Shown: positions 24,782 through 35,845, counted from the first letter of the stretch. The stretch: DNA of 64,000 nucleotides from an uncultured Spirochaetota bacterium (GCA_963734495.1 CAVTHK010000013.1:160001-224000), one strand, 5' to 3'. Translations and numbers: made by a program. The notes: generated from the letters alone by a model not told the origin.

Positions 24782-26322
24782 CTATCTCCTGGTCCGCAGG
24801 CGCGACCGTCTCGATGTCGGGGGTGAAGAGGTCGCGGATGTCGTTGATGCCCATGCTCACCATGGCCATCCGGTCGATGCCGAGCCCCCAGGCGAGAACC
24901 GGCACGTCGACGCCCATCGGCTTGGTGACCTCGGGCCTGAAGATGCCCGACCCGCCGAGCTCCATCCAGCCGAGCTTCGGGTGCTTCATGTGCACCTCGA
25001 CGGACGGCTCGGTGAACGGGAAGTACGCGGGCACGTACTTGATCTCTCTGGCACCGGCGACCTCCTCGGCGAACATCTTGAGCAGACCCAGCAGCGTCTT
25101 GAGGTTCACGTCCTCGCCCAGCACGATGCCCTCGGTCTGGTAGAAGTCCGCGGCGTGGTGGGCGTCCACGTCGTCCGGGCGGAAGCAGCGCACGCAGCCG
25201 AAGTACTTGCCCGGCACGCGCGCGTTGTGCAGCTGCCTGGCCGAGAGCACGGTCCCCTGGCTGCGCAGGATGAGCCTGCGGGTAAAGTCGCGGTCGAAGC
25301 TGTAGCCCCAGCCGCGGCTGCCGGTCTCCCAGCCGTCCTGATGCGTCGCCGCGACGCGGTCGAGATACGGCTGCTCGATCTCGGCGTGATGCGTCGGCTG
25401 CTTGACGTAGAACACGTCGTGGATGTCGCGCGCCGGGTGGAACTGCGGCATGAACAGGGCGTCGCAGTTCCAGAACTCCGTTTCGACGAGCGGCCCGTCG
25501 AACTCCTCGAAGCCCAGGGAGACCAGCTTGTCCTTGAGGCGCTCCAGGAACTCGACGTAGGGGTTGCGCCGCCCGATGACCGGGCGCACCCTCGCGCCCG
25601 CCACGTTGTACGGCCGGAACCTCTTCGCGCGCCAGGACCCGTCCTGCAGCATCTCCGGCGTGAGCGCGCCGACCTCGTCGCCGGTCTCGCCGCGCTCGCG
25701 CAGCAACTCCCTGGCGCGCACGCCCTGCGCGCTCATGCGGTAGACCGACGTCTTCGCGCTCGACGACGCGGAACGGCGCGGACGACGAGCCGCGCTTGCG
25801 GCTCATCGAGGCGACGATCGCCCAGTCTGCGCCCTCGAAAGCCTTCTCCGTGAGGTGCTCCCCCGCCGAGAACCTCTCGAGCAGCGCGCGCACGCGGGCG
25901 TTGTGCTGCGACGGCCTTCCTGTGGAGATCACGCGCTTTTCAGCGTCGAGGGCGAGCACGCCCTCCTTTGAGAGAGCGCCGAACGCGGAGCCGAGATCGC
26001 TCTGCTCCAGGCCCAGCGACGCCGCAAGCTCCGGAAGCGTCCGCGGGCCGCCGGCCGCCACGGCGTCAACCATGCGCTCGGCGGGGGTGCCCTTCTCTTT
26101 GAACTTCAGGCCGAGGTCGGTGAGGTCGGCGAGGGCCTCGCGGCGGCGCTCGCGCTCCTCGATCAGCCCCTTGGCGAGGAGCCAGCTGAAGGCCTGGTTG
26201 CACTGCCCCTGGTTGAAGCCGAGGCGCGCGGCCGCCTGACGGCTGTCGATGCTCTCCTCCGCGTCGAAGCCGAGGAGCAGCCTGATCTCCAGGGGATGCA
26301 GACCCTTGACCAGAGCCTCCAT
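24782..26322 (-). CDS. pheS: Phenylalanyl-tRNA synthetase alpha subunit, archaeal/spirochaete type, apparent frameshifts near 25745 and 24805
   Basis: LHPLEI N-terminal extension, FWNCDALFMPQFHPARD, YFPFTEPS, GSGIFRPEV, WGLGIDR. Confidence 0.93.
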
Positions 26323-26505
26323 GAGGGTGCCTCCGATTGCCCTGCGCCGTGCACAGATGAGCGAAACGCGGTGAGCGCCGGCGACTTATACGTACCGGGA
26401 TTGTGCGCCTTTGTAAAGAGCCGGAGCCGCCGTTGCCGTCCCCGCGGGCGGCCGCCTATACTTGGCGTGTTCGTGTTCCGGCGCAAACCGCCGGCAGGAG
26501 GCCCG

Positions 26506-27333
26506 ATGGGAAAGCTGAAGGGCCAGGTGGCGATCGTCACCGGCGGCGGCCGGGGCATAGGGCGCGAGATTTGCTCGGCCTTCGCCTCCCAAGGCGCAAG
26601 CGTCGCGGTCGTCTCGCGTACACGGGAGCAGATCGCCGAGACCGTTCGCCGGATCGCGGACGAAGGCGGCACGGCCTTCGGCATCGCGGTCGACGTGACG
26701 GACTTCGCCGCCATCGAGTCGATGGTGCGCCGGGTCGTGGACAAGCTGGGTCCCATCGACCTCCTGATGAACAACGCCGGGAGCAACTCCGCGATGGCGC
26801 CTGTGACTGAGGCCGACCCCGCGGCGTGGTGGCGGGACGTCACGGTCAACCTTCTCGGCCCGTTTCACGCGTCGCGGGCAGTGCTCCCCGGGATGCTCGC
26901 GCGGCGCGGCGGCCGGATCATCAACATGGCGGGCGGAGGCATGGCGACGCCCGTGGCCTGCCTGTCGGGATATGGAAGCTCCAAGGCCGGCCTGATGCGC
27001 TTTACCGAGACCCTCGACCGCGAGGTGTGGGAACTAGGTGTGAAGGTCTTCGCCATGAGCCCTGGGCTCGTGCGCACGGAGATGAACCTGGCGCTGGTGA
27101 GAAGCGGAGCGCTGGAGCGCTGGGGGAAGCCGACGTACGACAGGCTCGAGCGGGGCGAGCACGTGCCTCCGACGATGGCCGCCGCCCTCGCGGTGGAAAT
27201 CGCGTCGGGGAGGCTCGACGAGCTGCACGGGCGGTGGTTCGGCGTCGGCGAGGACCTCGACGAGGTGCTCTCGCAGAAGGACCGCATCCTCGCTGAGGAC
27301 CTCAGGACCCTGAGGATGACGGGCCTCACGTAG
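26506..27333 (+). CDS. SDR family oxidoreductase
   Basis: TGGGRGIG, NNAG, YGSSK. Confidence 0.92.
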   Translation: MGKLKGQVAIVTGGGRGIGREICSAFASQGASVAVVSRTREQIAETVRRIADEGGTAFGIAVDVTDFAAIESMVRRVVDKLGPIDLLMNNAGSNSAMAPVTEADPAAWWRDVTVNLLGPFHASRAVLPGMLARRGGRIINMAGGGMATPVACLSGYGSSKAGLMRFTETLDREVWELGVKVFAMSPGLVRTEMNLALVRSGALERWGKPTYDRLERGEHVPPTMAAALAVEIASGRLDELHGRWFGVGEDLDEVLSQKDRILAEDLRTLRMTGLT

Positions 27334-27373
27334 ACTCCGGCTCGCGGGGCATGTCCGGCATGTCCCCTGGCGC

Positions 27374-27402
27374 TTGACCTTGCCCGCGGGGGTCCATAGA
27401 AT
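27374..27402 (+). promoter_or_regulatory. Sigma70-type promoter of nfnAB
   Basis: TTGACC-17-TAGAAT upstream of ATG 27462; hairpin AGCGGCAA-gtca-TTGCCGCT in the leader. Confidence 0.6.
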
Positions 27403-27461
27403 CCGGACAGCTTTCCAAGCGGCAAGTCATTGCCGCTGAGGGTCGACTTCCTGGAGCGGGG

Positions 27462-28313
27462 ATGAACCGGATACTGGCCAAGAAGCAGCTCGCAGAGAAC
27501 GTCTTTACGATGAAGCTCGACGCTCCGCTCATCGCGGAGGAGCGGAAGCCGGGCCAGTTCATCATCCTGCAGCTCGACGAGCACTTCGGCGAGCGCATCC
27601 CGCTCACGATCGCCGACGCGGACGCCGGCGAGGGCTCGATCACGATCGTCTACCAGACCGTCGGCAAGACCACCATCAGGCTGTCGCAGCTCAACCCGGG
27701 CGACTCGATCTCCGAGCTGCTCGGCCCGCTCGGAAAGCCGACGCACATCGAGCGCTTCGGCACCGTCGTGTGCGTGGGCGGCGGCATCGGCGTCGCGCCC
27801 CTTTACCCCATCGCCCAGGGGATGAAGCAGGCCCGCAACCGCCTCGCCGTCATCATGGGCGCGCGCACCCGCGGGCTCGTCATCCTCGAGGACGAGATGA
27901 AGGCCCTGGCCGACGAGCTCGTCGTCTGCACGGACGACGGCTCCTACGGCCGCAAGGCCCTCGTCACCGAGCCGCTCAAGGAGATGTGCCAGCGCAGCCC
28001 GAAGCCCGACCTCGTCGTGGCGATCGGCCCGCCGATCATGATGAAGTTCTGCGCGGAGGCCACGCGGCCCTTCGGGGTGCCCACCGTCGTCTCGCTGAAC
28101 ACGATCATGGTCGACGGCACCGGGATGTGCGGCGGCTGCCGCGTCTCGGTGGGCGGCCAGACGAAGTTCGTGTGCGTCGACGGCCCGGAGTTCGACGGCC
28201 ATCAGGTCGACTTCGACAACATGATGCGGAGACTCTCGGCCTACAAGGAGAGGGAAGACGCGGCGCGCCACGCCTGCCTCCTCGACGCCGTGCCGTCCGG
28301 AGGAAAGCCATGA
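27462..28313 (+). CDS. nfnA: NADH-dependent reduced ferredoxin:NADP+ oxidoreductase small subunit (NfnA/SudB type)
   Basis: GERIPLT, GGGIGVAP, MVDGTGMCGGCR, CVDGPEFD. Confidence 0.9.
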   Translation: MNRILAKKQLAENVFTMKLDAPLIAEERKPGQFIILQLDEHFGERIPLTIADADAGEGSITIVYQTVGKTTIRLSQLNPGDSISELLGPLGKPTHIERFGTVVCVGGGIGVAPLYPIAQGMKQARNRLAVIMGARTRGLVILEDEMKALADELVVCTDDGSYGRKALVTEPLKEMCQRSPKPDLVVAIGPPIMMKFCAEATRPFGVPTVVSLNTIMVDGTGMCGGCRVSVGGQTKFVCVDGPEFDGHQVDFDNMMRRLSAYKEREDAARHACLLDAVPSGGKP

Positions 28314-29781
28314 GCGACGCGGCCGCGCTTCTCGAGCAGATCAGGACCCGCACGGAGCCGCTCAAGAACCGCGACCGCCTCGCCATCCCCGCGCAGCCCA
28401 TGCCGGAGCAGCCGGCCGAGGCGAGGCGCCGCAACATCCACGAGGTGGCGCTCGGCTACAGCGATGCGCAGGCGATGGTCGAGGCCACCCGCTGCCTGCA
28501 GTGCAAGAACGCCCCCTGCGTCGAAGGCTGCCCGGTGCGCATCGACATCCCCGGCTTCGTGCGCGAGGTCGCGGCCGGCAACTTCAAGGCCGCGGCGGAC
28601 GTCATCCGGAAGAACAGCCTGCTGCCGGCGGTCTGCGGCCGCGTGTGCCCGCAGGAGACCCAGTGCCAGCTCCCCTGCACGGTCGGCAAGTCGCTCAAGG
28701 ACGTCGGCAAGGCGGTGGCGATCGGGAGGCTCGAGCGCTTCGTCGCGGACTGGGAGCGCGACAACGGCCATGCGCCGGTCCCCGAGGTCAAGCCCGAGAC
28801 GGGGAAGAAAGTGGCGGTGATCGGCAGCGGCCCCGCGAGCCTGGTGGTGGCCGCGGACGTCCGCCGCGAAGGCCACGCGGTGACGATGTTCGAGGCGTTC
28901 CAGAAGCCCGGCGGCGTCATGATCTACGGCATCCCGGAGTTCCGTCTCCCCAAGCGCATCGTCCAGCACGAGATCGACACGCTCAAGCGCATGGGCGTAC
29001 ATCTCAAGACGAACTTCGTCATCGGGCGCACCCGCAAGCTCAGTGACCTCATGGCGAAGGACGGCTACGACGCCGTGTTCGTCGGCAGCGGGGCCGGCCT
29101 TCCCAAGTTCATGGGCATCGAAGGCGAGAACCTGGTGGGCGTGTTCTCCGCGAACGAGTACCTCACCCGCGCGAACCTGATGCGGGCCTACGACCGCGAG
29201 CGCGCGGACACGCCGATCTTCCGCCTCGAAAAAGGTGGCCGTGCTCGGCGGCGGGAACGTCGCGATGGACTCGGCGCGGATGGCGCTGCGGCTCGGCGCC
29301 GAGCAGGTCTCGGTGGTCTACCGCCGCACCGAGAAGGAGATGCCCGCGCGCGTCGAAGAGGTCCACCACGCCAAGGAAGAGGGCATCGTCTTCCACTTCC
29401 TGCAGAACGCGAAGCGCATCCTCGGCGACGACAAGAGCCGGGTCACCGGGCATGGAGTGCCTGCGCTACGAGCTGGGCGAGCCCGACGAATCCGGGCGAC
29501 GGCGCCCGGTGGAGGTCGCCGGCAGCGAGTTCGTGATGGAGGTCGACACGGTCATCGTGGCGATCGGCAACGACTCCAACCCGCTGATCAAGCAGACGAC
29601 GCCGGAGATCGCCACCAACAGGCACGGCAACATCACGGTCGACGACAGCGGCAAGACGTCGATCGACCGCGTCTTTGCCGGAGGCGACATCGTGCTCGGC
29701 GCCGCCACGGTGATCCTCGCCATGGGCCAGGGGCGCCGGGCCGCGGCATCGATCAACGCGATGCTGAACGGCAAAGCGTAG
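28310..29781 (+). CDS. nfnB: NfnB/GltA-like (SudA type) large subunit, apparent frameshifts near 29225 and 29450
   Basis: RCLQCK..CVEGCP, CGRVCPQETQC, GSGPA, YGIPEFRLPK, GGGNVAMD, GGDIVLGAATVILAMG. Confidence 0.88.
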
Positions 29782-29794
29782 CGAGGGGGCAGGC

Positions 29795-30166
29795 ATGGCG
29801 GCGAAGCGCGCGATCGTCAGGCGCGCGGACGACGTGAACGCGTCCGCGGTGGCGGCCGGAACGGCGACCGTGATGCGGGTCCTCCTGGGCCCCGCGGACG
29901 GCATGCCTCACTTCGCGATGCGCCGCTTTACCATGCAGGCCGGGGGCGGCATGCCGCTCCACACCAACACGGTCGAGCACGAGCAGTACGTGCTGCGCGG
30001 CCGCGCGCGTGTCATTGTCGACGGAGAGCGCTTCGAGGTCACCGCGGGAGCGGTGCTCTACATGCCCGCGGGCAGCCCCCATTCCTACGAGGTGCTCGAA
30101 GCGCCGTTCGAGTTCCTCTGCCTCGTGCCCGACCTCCCCGACGAGATCAAGCTCGCCGGTCGTTAG
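29795..30166 (+). CDS. Cupin domain protein
   Basis: MPLHTN..EHEQYVL, PAGSPHSY. Confidence 0.88.
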   Translation: MAAKRAIVRRADDVNASAVAAGTATVMRVLLGPADGMPHFAMRRFTMQAGGGMPLHTNTVEHEQYVLRGRARVIVDGERFEVTAGAVLYMPAGSPHSYEVLEAPFEFLCLVPDLPDEIKLAGR

Positions 30167-30180
30167 GCCCCGGGGCGCCG

Positions 30181-31143
30181 GTGAACGTCAACGAACGGCT
30201 GCTCAACGAACGCATCGACCCTTATCTCTCAACCGACCGACTGACGGAAATCGCGCGGCTGGCTCTGGGCCGTCCCGTGAGCGTGCGCGGGGCGCGCATC
30301 CTTACCGGGGGCTGCTGGAACCGGGTGATCGCCGTGGAGCTCGACGGCGGCGAGCCGCCTCTCGTGTACAAGATCAACCCGGAGACCGGGAACGCGGGCA
30401 TCGCGCGCGAGTACGCGGTCCTGCGCTGCTTTGCCGCAACCGAGATGCCCGTCCCCGAGCCGTACTACCTGGACTCGAGCGGCTCGATCATCCCCGGCAC
30501 GATCATGGTAATGAAGAAGGTCGCCGGCGTGGTGATGCACCACGTCTTCGGCAGCCTCGGCCCCGCCGACCGGCGGCGCGTCACCGAGGAGATCGCGCAC
30601 GCGGTCGGCCGCCTGCACCGGCGTCGCGCGCGGGGCTTCGGCGGCGTCGAGCTCGACGACGCCGGCCGGAGCGCCGAGTGGGCCGACTTCTGGCTGCCGC
30701 GATTCGACAAGGTGTTCGAGGACATCGCGGCGAAGGATCTCCTCGAGCCTTCATTTCTGGACGAGGTGGGGCGGGCGCGCGAAGGCTTCGCGCCTCACCT
30801 GCGCGTCGGGCCCGAGGCCACGCTGACCCACTACGACATCTGGAGCGGCAACGTGATGATCGACCGCGGCGGGGACGGCTTCCACGTGAGCGGTTTTATC
30901 GACATCCCCGGCCACTGGGCGGACTACGCGCGGGAGCTCTCGTTCATGGAGATGTTCGGCGTGGCCGACGCGCTCGTCTATCGCATCTACCGGGAGTACC
31001 GCGAGCTCGACGCCGGCTTCGAGCTGCGCAAGAGCATCTACAACCTCAAGATGCACCTGCGCCACATCACGATGTACCCGGACGAGCTCTACTACCGCAG
31101 GGGCGCCGAGGCGTGCCTGCGGCACATTCAGCGGGCGGGATAG
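30181..31143 (+). CDS. APH/fructosamine-kinase-like phosphotransferase
   Basis: Gly-rich TGGCWN, PVPEP, HYDIWSGN catalytic loop, FID. Confidence 0.82.
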   Translation: MNVNERLLNERIDPYLSTDRLTEIARLALGRPVSVRGARILTGGCWNRVIAVELDGGEPPLVYKINPETGNAGIAREYAVLRCFAATEMPVPEPYYLDSSGSIIPGTIMVMKKVAGVVMHHVFGSLGPADRRRVTEEIAHAVGRLHRRRARGFGGVELDDAGRSAEWADFWLPRFDKVFEDIAAKDLLEPSFLDEVGRAREGFAPHLRVGPEATLTHYDIWSGNVMIDRGGDGFHVSGFIDIPGHWADYARELSFMEMFGVADALVYRIYREYRELDAGFELRKSIYNLKMHLRHITMYPDELYYRRGAEACLRHIQRAG

Positions 31144-31643
31144 GCGGGGTCGCGCGCAGGGTCGCTCGAGCCGAACGCCTGCACCAGCCGGTCGATCAGC
31201 GGCGCCTGGCAGGCGCTGATGAGGGTCCGCGCCTCGTCGGGAGCGACGAACGCCCCGCGGTCCACCTCGGGAAAGCTCTGCCTGCGCCCGGACCGCGGCG
31301 GCCACTCCATCTCGAAGCTGTTGCTGTGCACCGCGATCTCGAGCCCGGGAGGCGCCTCTACGGCCCAGGCGTGCACGACCTTGCCGCTCTTCTGCCGGAC
31401 AGACCCGAGCGGCAGCGCCCCCGCCGTGTCGACCGCGAGCCCCACTTCCTCGGCGAACTCCCGCGCGGCGGCGGCCAGCAGGTCCTCGCCCGGCTCGACC
31501 TCTCCCTTGGGCACCGACCAGACGCCTTCGTTCCTGCCCGCGAAAAAGGGGCCGCCGGGATGGACGAGGAACACCTCGACGGGCCGGCCTGCGGGCCTGC
31601 GGAAGAGGAGGATGCCTGCGCTGACGCGGGGCGGAAAAGCCAT
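31128..31643 (-). CDS. NUDIX hydrolase
   Basis: LVHPGGP, WSVPKGE, AAAREFAEEVG, EWPPRSG..FPEVDR. Confidence 0.9.
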   Translation of the reverse strand: MAFPPRVSAGILLFRRPAGRPVEVFLVHPGGPFFAGRNEGVWSVPKGEVEPGEDLLAAAAREFAEEVGLAVDTAGALPLGSVRQKSGKVVHAWAVEAPPGLEIAVHSNSFEMEWPPRSGRRQSFPEVDRGAFVAPDEARTLISACQAPLIDRLVQAFGSSDPARDPAYPAR

Positions 31644-31729
31644 GGCCTGCGGAAGGTTACCTCGCGCGGCGGTGCGCGGCAACACTCATGCGTCGTGAGG
31701 GATGGACCGCGAGGCCCGACGTGCGCCGG

Positions 31730-32107
31730 CTATGCCAGCAGGTTGACGACGAGGCCAGTCTCGGGAAAGAGCCCGGAGAACAGCGGCGCGGTCGCCCGCA
31801 GCGCCGTGTGGAGCTCGCCCTGGAAGCGCTGGATGAGCGCGTCGACGTTGCCTCCGTCGACCGGCATCGACTCGCCCTTTTCCCCGCGAAGCTTGACGAG
31901 CCTGTCGATCAGGTTGTCGAGGACGCGCAGCTTGCTGATGGGGACCTGGTCCCCGGCCGAGCGGGACGGCACGCCCATCACGTGCTTGAAGAGGTAGAAG
32001 GAGAAGCTGGGCCGCACGGGCACCGAGCGCTTGCCGGCGCCGATGCCGTCGACGGAGAGGATCGTCGGGCTCAAGTAGGTCGCGGCTGAGCTGATCCCCT
32101 CGATCAT
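31730..32107 (-). CDS. Hypothetical protein
   Basis: SD GGAG; FKHVMGVP, ISKLRVLDNLIDRL, GLVVNLLA; resembles spirochaete conserved hypotheticals (from memory). Confidence 0.65.
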   Translation of the reverse strand: MIEGISSAATYLSPTILSVDGIGAGKRSVPVRPSFSFYLFKHVMGVPSRSAGDQVPISKLRVLDNLIDRLVKLRGEKGESMPVDGGNVDALIQRFQGELHTALRATAPLFSGLFPETGLVVNLLA

Positions 32108-32225
32108 CGCTCCCTCCGCTTTGATTATCGGAGGGCGCACAAGAGCGAATGAGTCAGGCCGGGCGGCGCGGTCCGCTGCGAACGGACGACCGCTCGAATC
32201 GATCAGCCGGGCTGCCGACAGGCTC

Positions 32226-32582
32226 CTATCGGTTCCGGCGCTCTTCGCTGGACTTGCACTTGACGCAGAGCAGCGCGTACGGGATGGCCTCGAGCCTCTC
32301 CCTGGGAATCTTGTCCCCGCAGGACATGCAGATCCCGTACTTGCCGTTCTTCATGCGCGCCAGGGCCGCGTCTATCCGGTTCAGCCGGGTGACCTCCACG
32401 ATCTCCAGCGCCTCGAGGGTGGTGCGATCGATGTCGGAAGCCGCAATATCGGCGAGATCCTTGGGCTCCTTGTCCTCGATGAGCTTGCGGAAGTCCTCGT
32501 TCTCCTGGGCAAGATGCTGGAAGATCTCGTCTTTCATCGCGAGGAGCGCCCGCTCCATCTTTTCGACGAATCTCTTGTCCAT
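32226..32582 (-). CDS. dksA: DksA/TraR C4-zinc-finger transcription factor
   Basis: DLADIA coiled-coil tip (DxxDxA), CMSC...RLEAIP...CVKC. Confidence 0.88.
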   Translation of the reverse strand: MDKRFVEKMERALLAMKDEIFQHLAQENEDFRKLIEDKEPKDLADIAASDIDRTTLEALEIVEVTRLNRIDAALARMKNGKYGICMSCGDKIPRERLEAIPYALLCVKCKSSEERRNR

Positions 32583-32648
32583 CGGTCCCCTGAACGCGCA
32601 AAAAAGTTGCACGACAATGGACGATAAGTTCCTAAAAGTCAAGATTGA

Positions 32649-32677
32649 TTGACAAATGGGCCGGGCTTCCCTACTAT
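32649..32677 (+). promoter_or_regulatory. Near-consensus sigma70 promoter of infA
   Basis: TTGACA-17-TACTAT followed by SD AGGAGG. Confidence 0.75.
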
Positions 32678-32696
32678 CCTACTGTCAGGAGGACAC

Positions 32697-32915
32697 TTGG
32701 CAAAAGAAGAAGCGATCGAAGTCGATGGTGTCGTAAAGGAGTCGTTGCCGAATACCATGTTTCGGGTGTCGCTCCAGAACGGGCACCTCATCCTTGCCCA
32801 CCTCTCCGGCAAGATGCGCAAGCACTACATCCGCATCGTCCCCGGAGACAAGGTCAGGGTCGCGCTCTCCCCGTACGACCTGACCCGCGGACGGATCATC
32901 TACCGCGAGAGGTAG
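32697..32915 (+). CDS. infA: Translation initiation factor IF-1
   Basis: [42 protein letters not shown] start. Confidence 0.98.
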   Translation: MAKEEAIEVDGVVKESLPNTMFRVSLQNGHLILAHLSGKMRKHYIRIVPGDKVRVALSPYDLTRGRIIYRER

Positions 32916-32974
32916 GTGCTTCGCCCGCGCCCCGCCGAGACCACTGCCGTCCCGCACCGCCCCGAGGAGGAATC

Positions 32975-34345
32975 ATGAGCGATCCCAAGGCGGCCCTGCA
33001 GTTCTGCCGGGCCCAGCGCGAGCGTTTCGTCGCCGACCTGCGCGAGCTCATCGCCATCCCGTCCGTCTCGACCGATGCCGCCCGAAGCGACGACGTGAGG
33101 CGGGCCGCGGAGTGGCTGGCTGGCCGGCTGCGCGCCATGGGAGCCCGCGGCGTCGACGTCGTCCCCACCGCGGGACACCCCGTCGTGCTGGGCGACCTCC
33201 CGGCCGCGCGGTCCGGCGCACCGACGGTCCTCGTCTACGGGCACTACGACGTCCAGCCAGTCGACCCCGTCGCCGATTGGAAGACACCCCCCTTCGAGGC
33301 CACGGTGCTGGGCGAGAACCTGTACGGCCGCGGAGTGACCGACATGAAGGGCCCCACGTGCGCCGCCCTCTTCGCGATCGAGGCGCTGGTCGCCTCGGGC
33401 GGCGTCCCGGTCAACCTGCGCTTCCTCCTCGAGGGAGAAGAAGAAATCGGCTCGCCCCACCTCGAGCCCGTGGTGACGGCGCACAAGGAGCGCCTGGCCG
33501 CGGACGTCTGCCTCAACCCCGACGCCGGCATGCTCGGGCCCGACTCCCCTACGATCACCTACGGGCTGCGCGGCCTCGCCTACTTCGAGCTTCGCGTGCG
33601 CGGGCCGAAGGTCGACCTCCACTCCGGCCAGTTCGGCGGCGCCGTTCACAACCCGGCCATCGTCCTTGCCGAGCTGATCGCGGGGATGCACGACGCGAAG
33701 GGCCGCATCACGCTTCCGGGCTTCTACGACCGCGTGCGCCCGCTCGGAGCCGAGGAACGGGCCGAGCTCGCGCGCCTTCCCTCGGGCGACGCGGAGATCC
33801 TCGCGCAGTCGGGCGCCCCCGCCCTCTTCGGCGAGCAGGGCTACAGCGCGGTCGAGCGCGTCGGGGCCCGGCCGACGCTCGACGTCAACGGCATGCTTTC
33901 CGGCTTTACGGGCGAAGGCTCGAAGACGGTGCTGCCCGCGACCGCGATGGCGAAGATCTCGACGCGCCTGGTCCCCGACCAGGACCCGAAAGAGGTCAAA
34001 GCCCAGCTCGAGAAGTATCTAAAGAAGAAGGCCCCCCCGACCGTCACGTGGGAGCTCAAGGACCTGGCGGGCACCGACGCCGCGATCACGCGGCGCGATT
34101 CGCCCGCGGTCTCCGCGATGAGCCGCGCGATGGAAGAGGTGTGGGGAAAGCGTCCGCTGTTCGAGCGGGCCGGCGGCTCGATCGCCGTGGTCGCGATGCT
34201 TCAGAAGAAGCTCGCGATGGAGTCGCTGCTCATGGGCTGCAGCCTCCCGGACGATGCCATGCACTCGCCGAACGAGAAGCTTCACCTTCCCACATGGCAC
34301 AAGTGCACCGAGGCCTTCGTCCGTTTCTTCTGCAACCTGGCCTGA
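32975..34345 (+). CDS. M20 family dipeptidase
   Basis: YGHYDVQP, GRGVTDMKG, EGEEEIGS, DLHSG, HSPNE. Confidence 0.93.
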   Translation: MSDPKAALQFCRAQRERFVADLRELIAIPSVSTDAARSDDVRRAAEWLAGRLRAMGARGVDVVPTAGHPVVLGDLPAARSGAPTVLVYGHYDVQPVDPVADWKTPPFEATVLGENLYGRGVTDMKGPTCAALFAIEALVASGGVPVNLRFLLEGEEEIGSPHLEPVVTAHKERLAADVCLNPDAGMLGPDSPTITYGLRGLAYFELRVRGPKVDLHSGQFGGAVHNPAIVLAELIAGMHDAKGRITLPGFYDRVRPLGAEERAELARLPSGDAEILAQSGAPALFGEQGYSAVERVGARPTLDVNGMLSGFTGEGSKTVLPATAMAKISTRLVPDQDPKEVKAQLEKYLKKKAPPTVTWELKDLAGTDAAITRRDSPAVSAMSRAMEEVWGKRPLFERAGGSIAVVAMLQKKLAMESLLMGCSLPDDAMHSPNEKLHLPTWHKCTEAFVRFFCNLA

Positions 34346-34894
34346 TCAGGGTTTCTTCGGCTCGCGGAGCGCCGCCCACGTCGCGCCGCTTCCTCCCATG
34401 TCGCGGTCGGCCGGCCCGAAGGCTCCCGTGTGGGGCGAGCGCTCGAGGTACGCCCGCACGAGGCGCTGCAGCACCGGCTCGCCCTGCGAGTGCTTGCCCT
34501 TGCCGTGGATGATGAGCACTTTGCGCAGCCCCGAGCGCCGCGACGCCGAGACGAACCGCTCGACGGCCGGGATGACCTCTTCGGCCCGCAGGCCGTGCAG
34601 GTCGAGGGCGGCCTGGGGCTTCATCCGCCGCAGCTCCGCGGCCCGCTCCGCGCGCTCGACGTGCGGGGAGCCGTAGCCCTCCTCGCGCCCGGCCTGCTCC
34701 TTTGGCGGGTGGCGCTCCAGCCACTCCGCGAGCGCGCGGGAGGCGCGGCTTCCCCCGCCCGCCTTGCGGCCGGCGTCGCGGGGCGCCTCCGGCTGCGCCT
34801 CGCTCTGCGCCTCGCGCTCCGCGCGGCGGCGCTCCTCCCATTCGTGCAGGATCTCTTCGAAGCCCACGCTCGATGTATAGGTGCGCGCCGCCAT
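34346..34894 (-). CDS. Smr/MutS2 C-terminal domain protein
   Basis: LDLHG, IIHGKG, GGSGAT. Confidence 0.88.
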   Translation of the reverse strand: MAARTYTSSVGFEEILHEWEERRRAEREAQSEAQPEAPRDAGRKAGGGSRASRALAEWLERHPPKEQAGREEGYGSPHVERAERAAELRRMKPQAALDLHGLRAEEVIPAVERFVSASRRSGLRKVLIIHGKGKHSQGEPVLQRLVRAYLERSPHTGAFGPADRDMGGSGATWAALREPKKP

Positions 34895-34899
34895 CAAGG

Positions 34900-35845
34900 T
34901 CAAGGCGCCGACGGATCCAGCAACAGCTCGCCCTTGATCCAGCCCTCGACCTGCAAGCCTGTCTCGACCAGCACGTGGGCCGAGGCGCGGCGCGCGGGTG
35001 CGCAGGCTGGTGCCCTGCGGCAGCGTCATCCACACCTGGGCCTGCTCCAGGGGCACGCGGCGCAGCGGCGCGCTCTCGGCCGAGACCACGGCGAGCGGGG
35101 CACGCGCCTCCGCCTCGGTGTAGACCAGGAGCCCCGCGGCCGAGGCCGCGGCGAGGGCCAGCAGGGCGAACGCGATGAACGACGAGCCGCGGCCGCGCGA
35201 CCTGCGGGCCAGCAGGAGGCCGAGGGCGACAAGGGCCGCGTCGGCGAGGACGACGGCCGCGGCGAACAGCGCCTGGGGAGAGAGCGTGCCGCGCGGAAGG
35301 ACCTGGGAGTCGAGCCCGTATTCCGCGCTGAGGAGAGCGAAGGTCCCTCGGTACTCGGCGCTGCCCGGCTCGTGCCGGATGGACCGCAGCAGCGCGGCCA
35401 TCGCCTGGGCCCTGCGGCCGAGGGCGTAGCTGCAGAGCGCGCGGTCGTAGGCGAGCGCGGCGTTGCTGCCCGCCGCGCGCTCGGCGTCGCCGAACAGGCG
35501 CTCCGCCTGCGCGTATTTTCCGGCCGTAAAGGCCTCGACCCCCGCCGTGACCGCGGCCCGCTGGTCGGCGGAGAGCGAGAGCAGCAGCGGCAGGCAGCAC
35601 ACCATCGAGGCCGCGAGCCAGCGCCGGCCCCGAAGCGCCAGCAGCGCGAGCGCGGCCAGCCCCGGCAGCAGGCCGAGATAGGACAGGGGCTCGCGCCAGG
35701 CGCGGCCGCGCGACGACGCCTCGACCTGGGGAAGGTCCTTGAGGTTCAAGGTATGCTCCCCGATCCGGACGGGGGTGCCTTCGCGGGCCGACACGCTCGC
35801 GGCGGACCAGAGCAGCAGCGCCAGCACGGCTGCGGCAGCCTTCAC
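34900..35845 (-). CDS. BatE-like TPR/SH3 membrane protein, apparent frameshift near 34985
   Basis: TPR-like AERLF..LAYDRA, TM segments, C-terminal VLVETGLQVEGWI SH3-like end in a shifted frame. Confidence 0.6.

Noticed and set aside
26323-26505. T-box leader upstream of pheS
   Set aside because: No T-box consensus or specifier stem seen, and the region is short and shared with a divergent gene.
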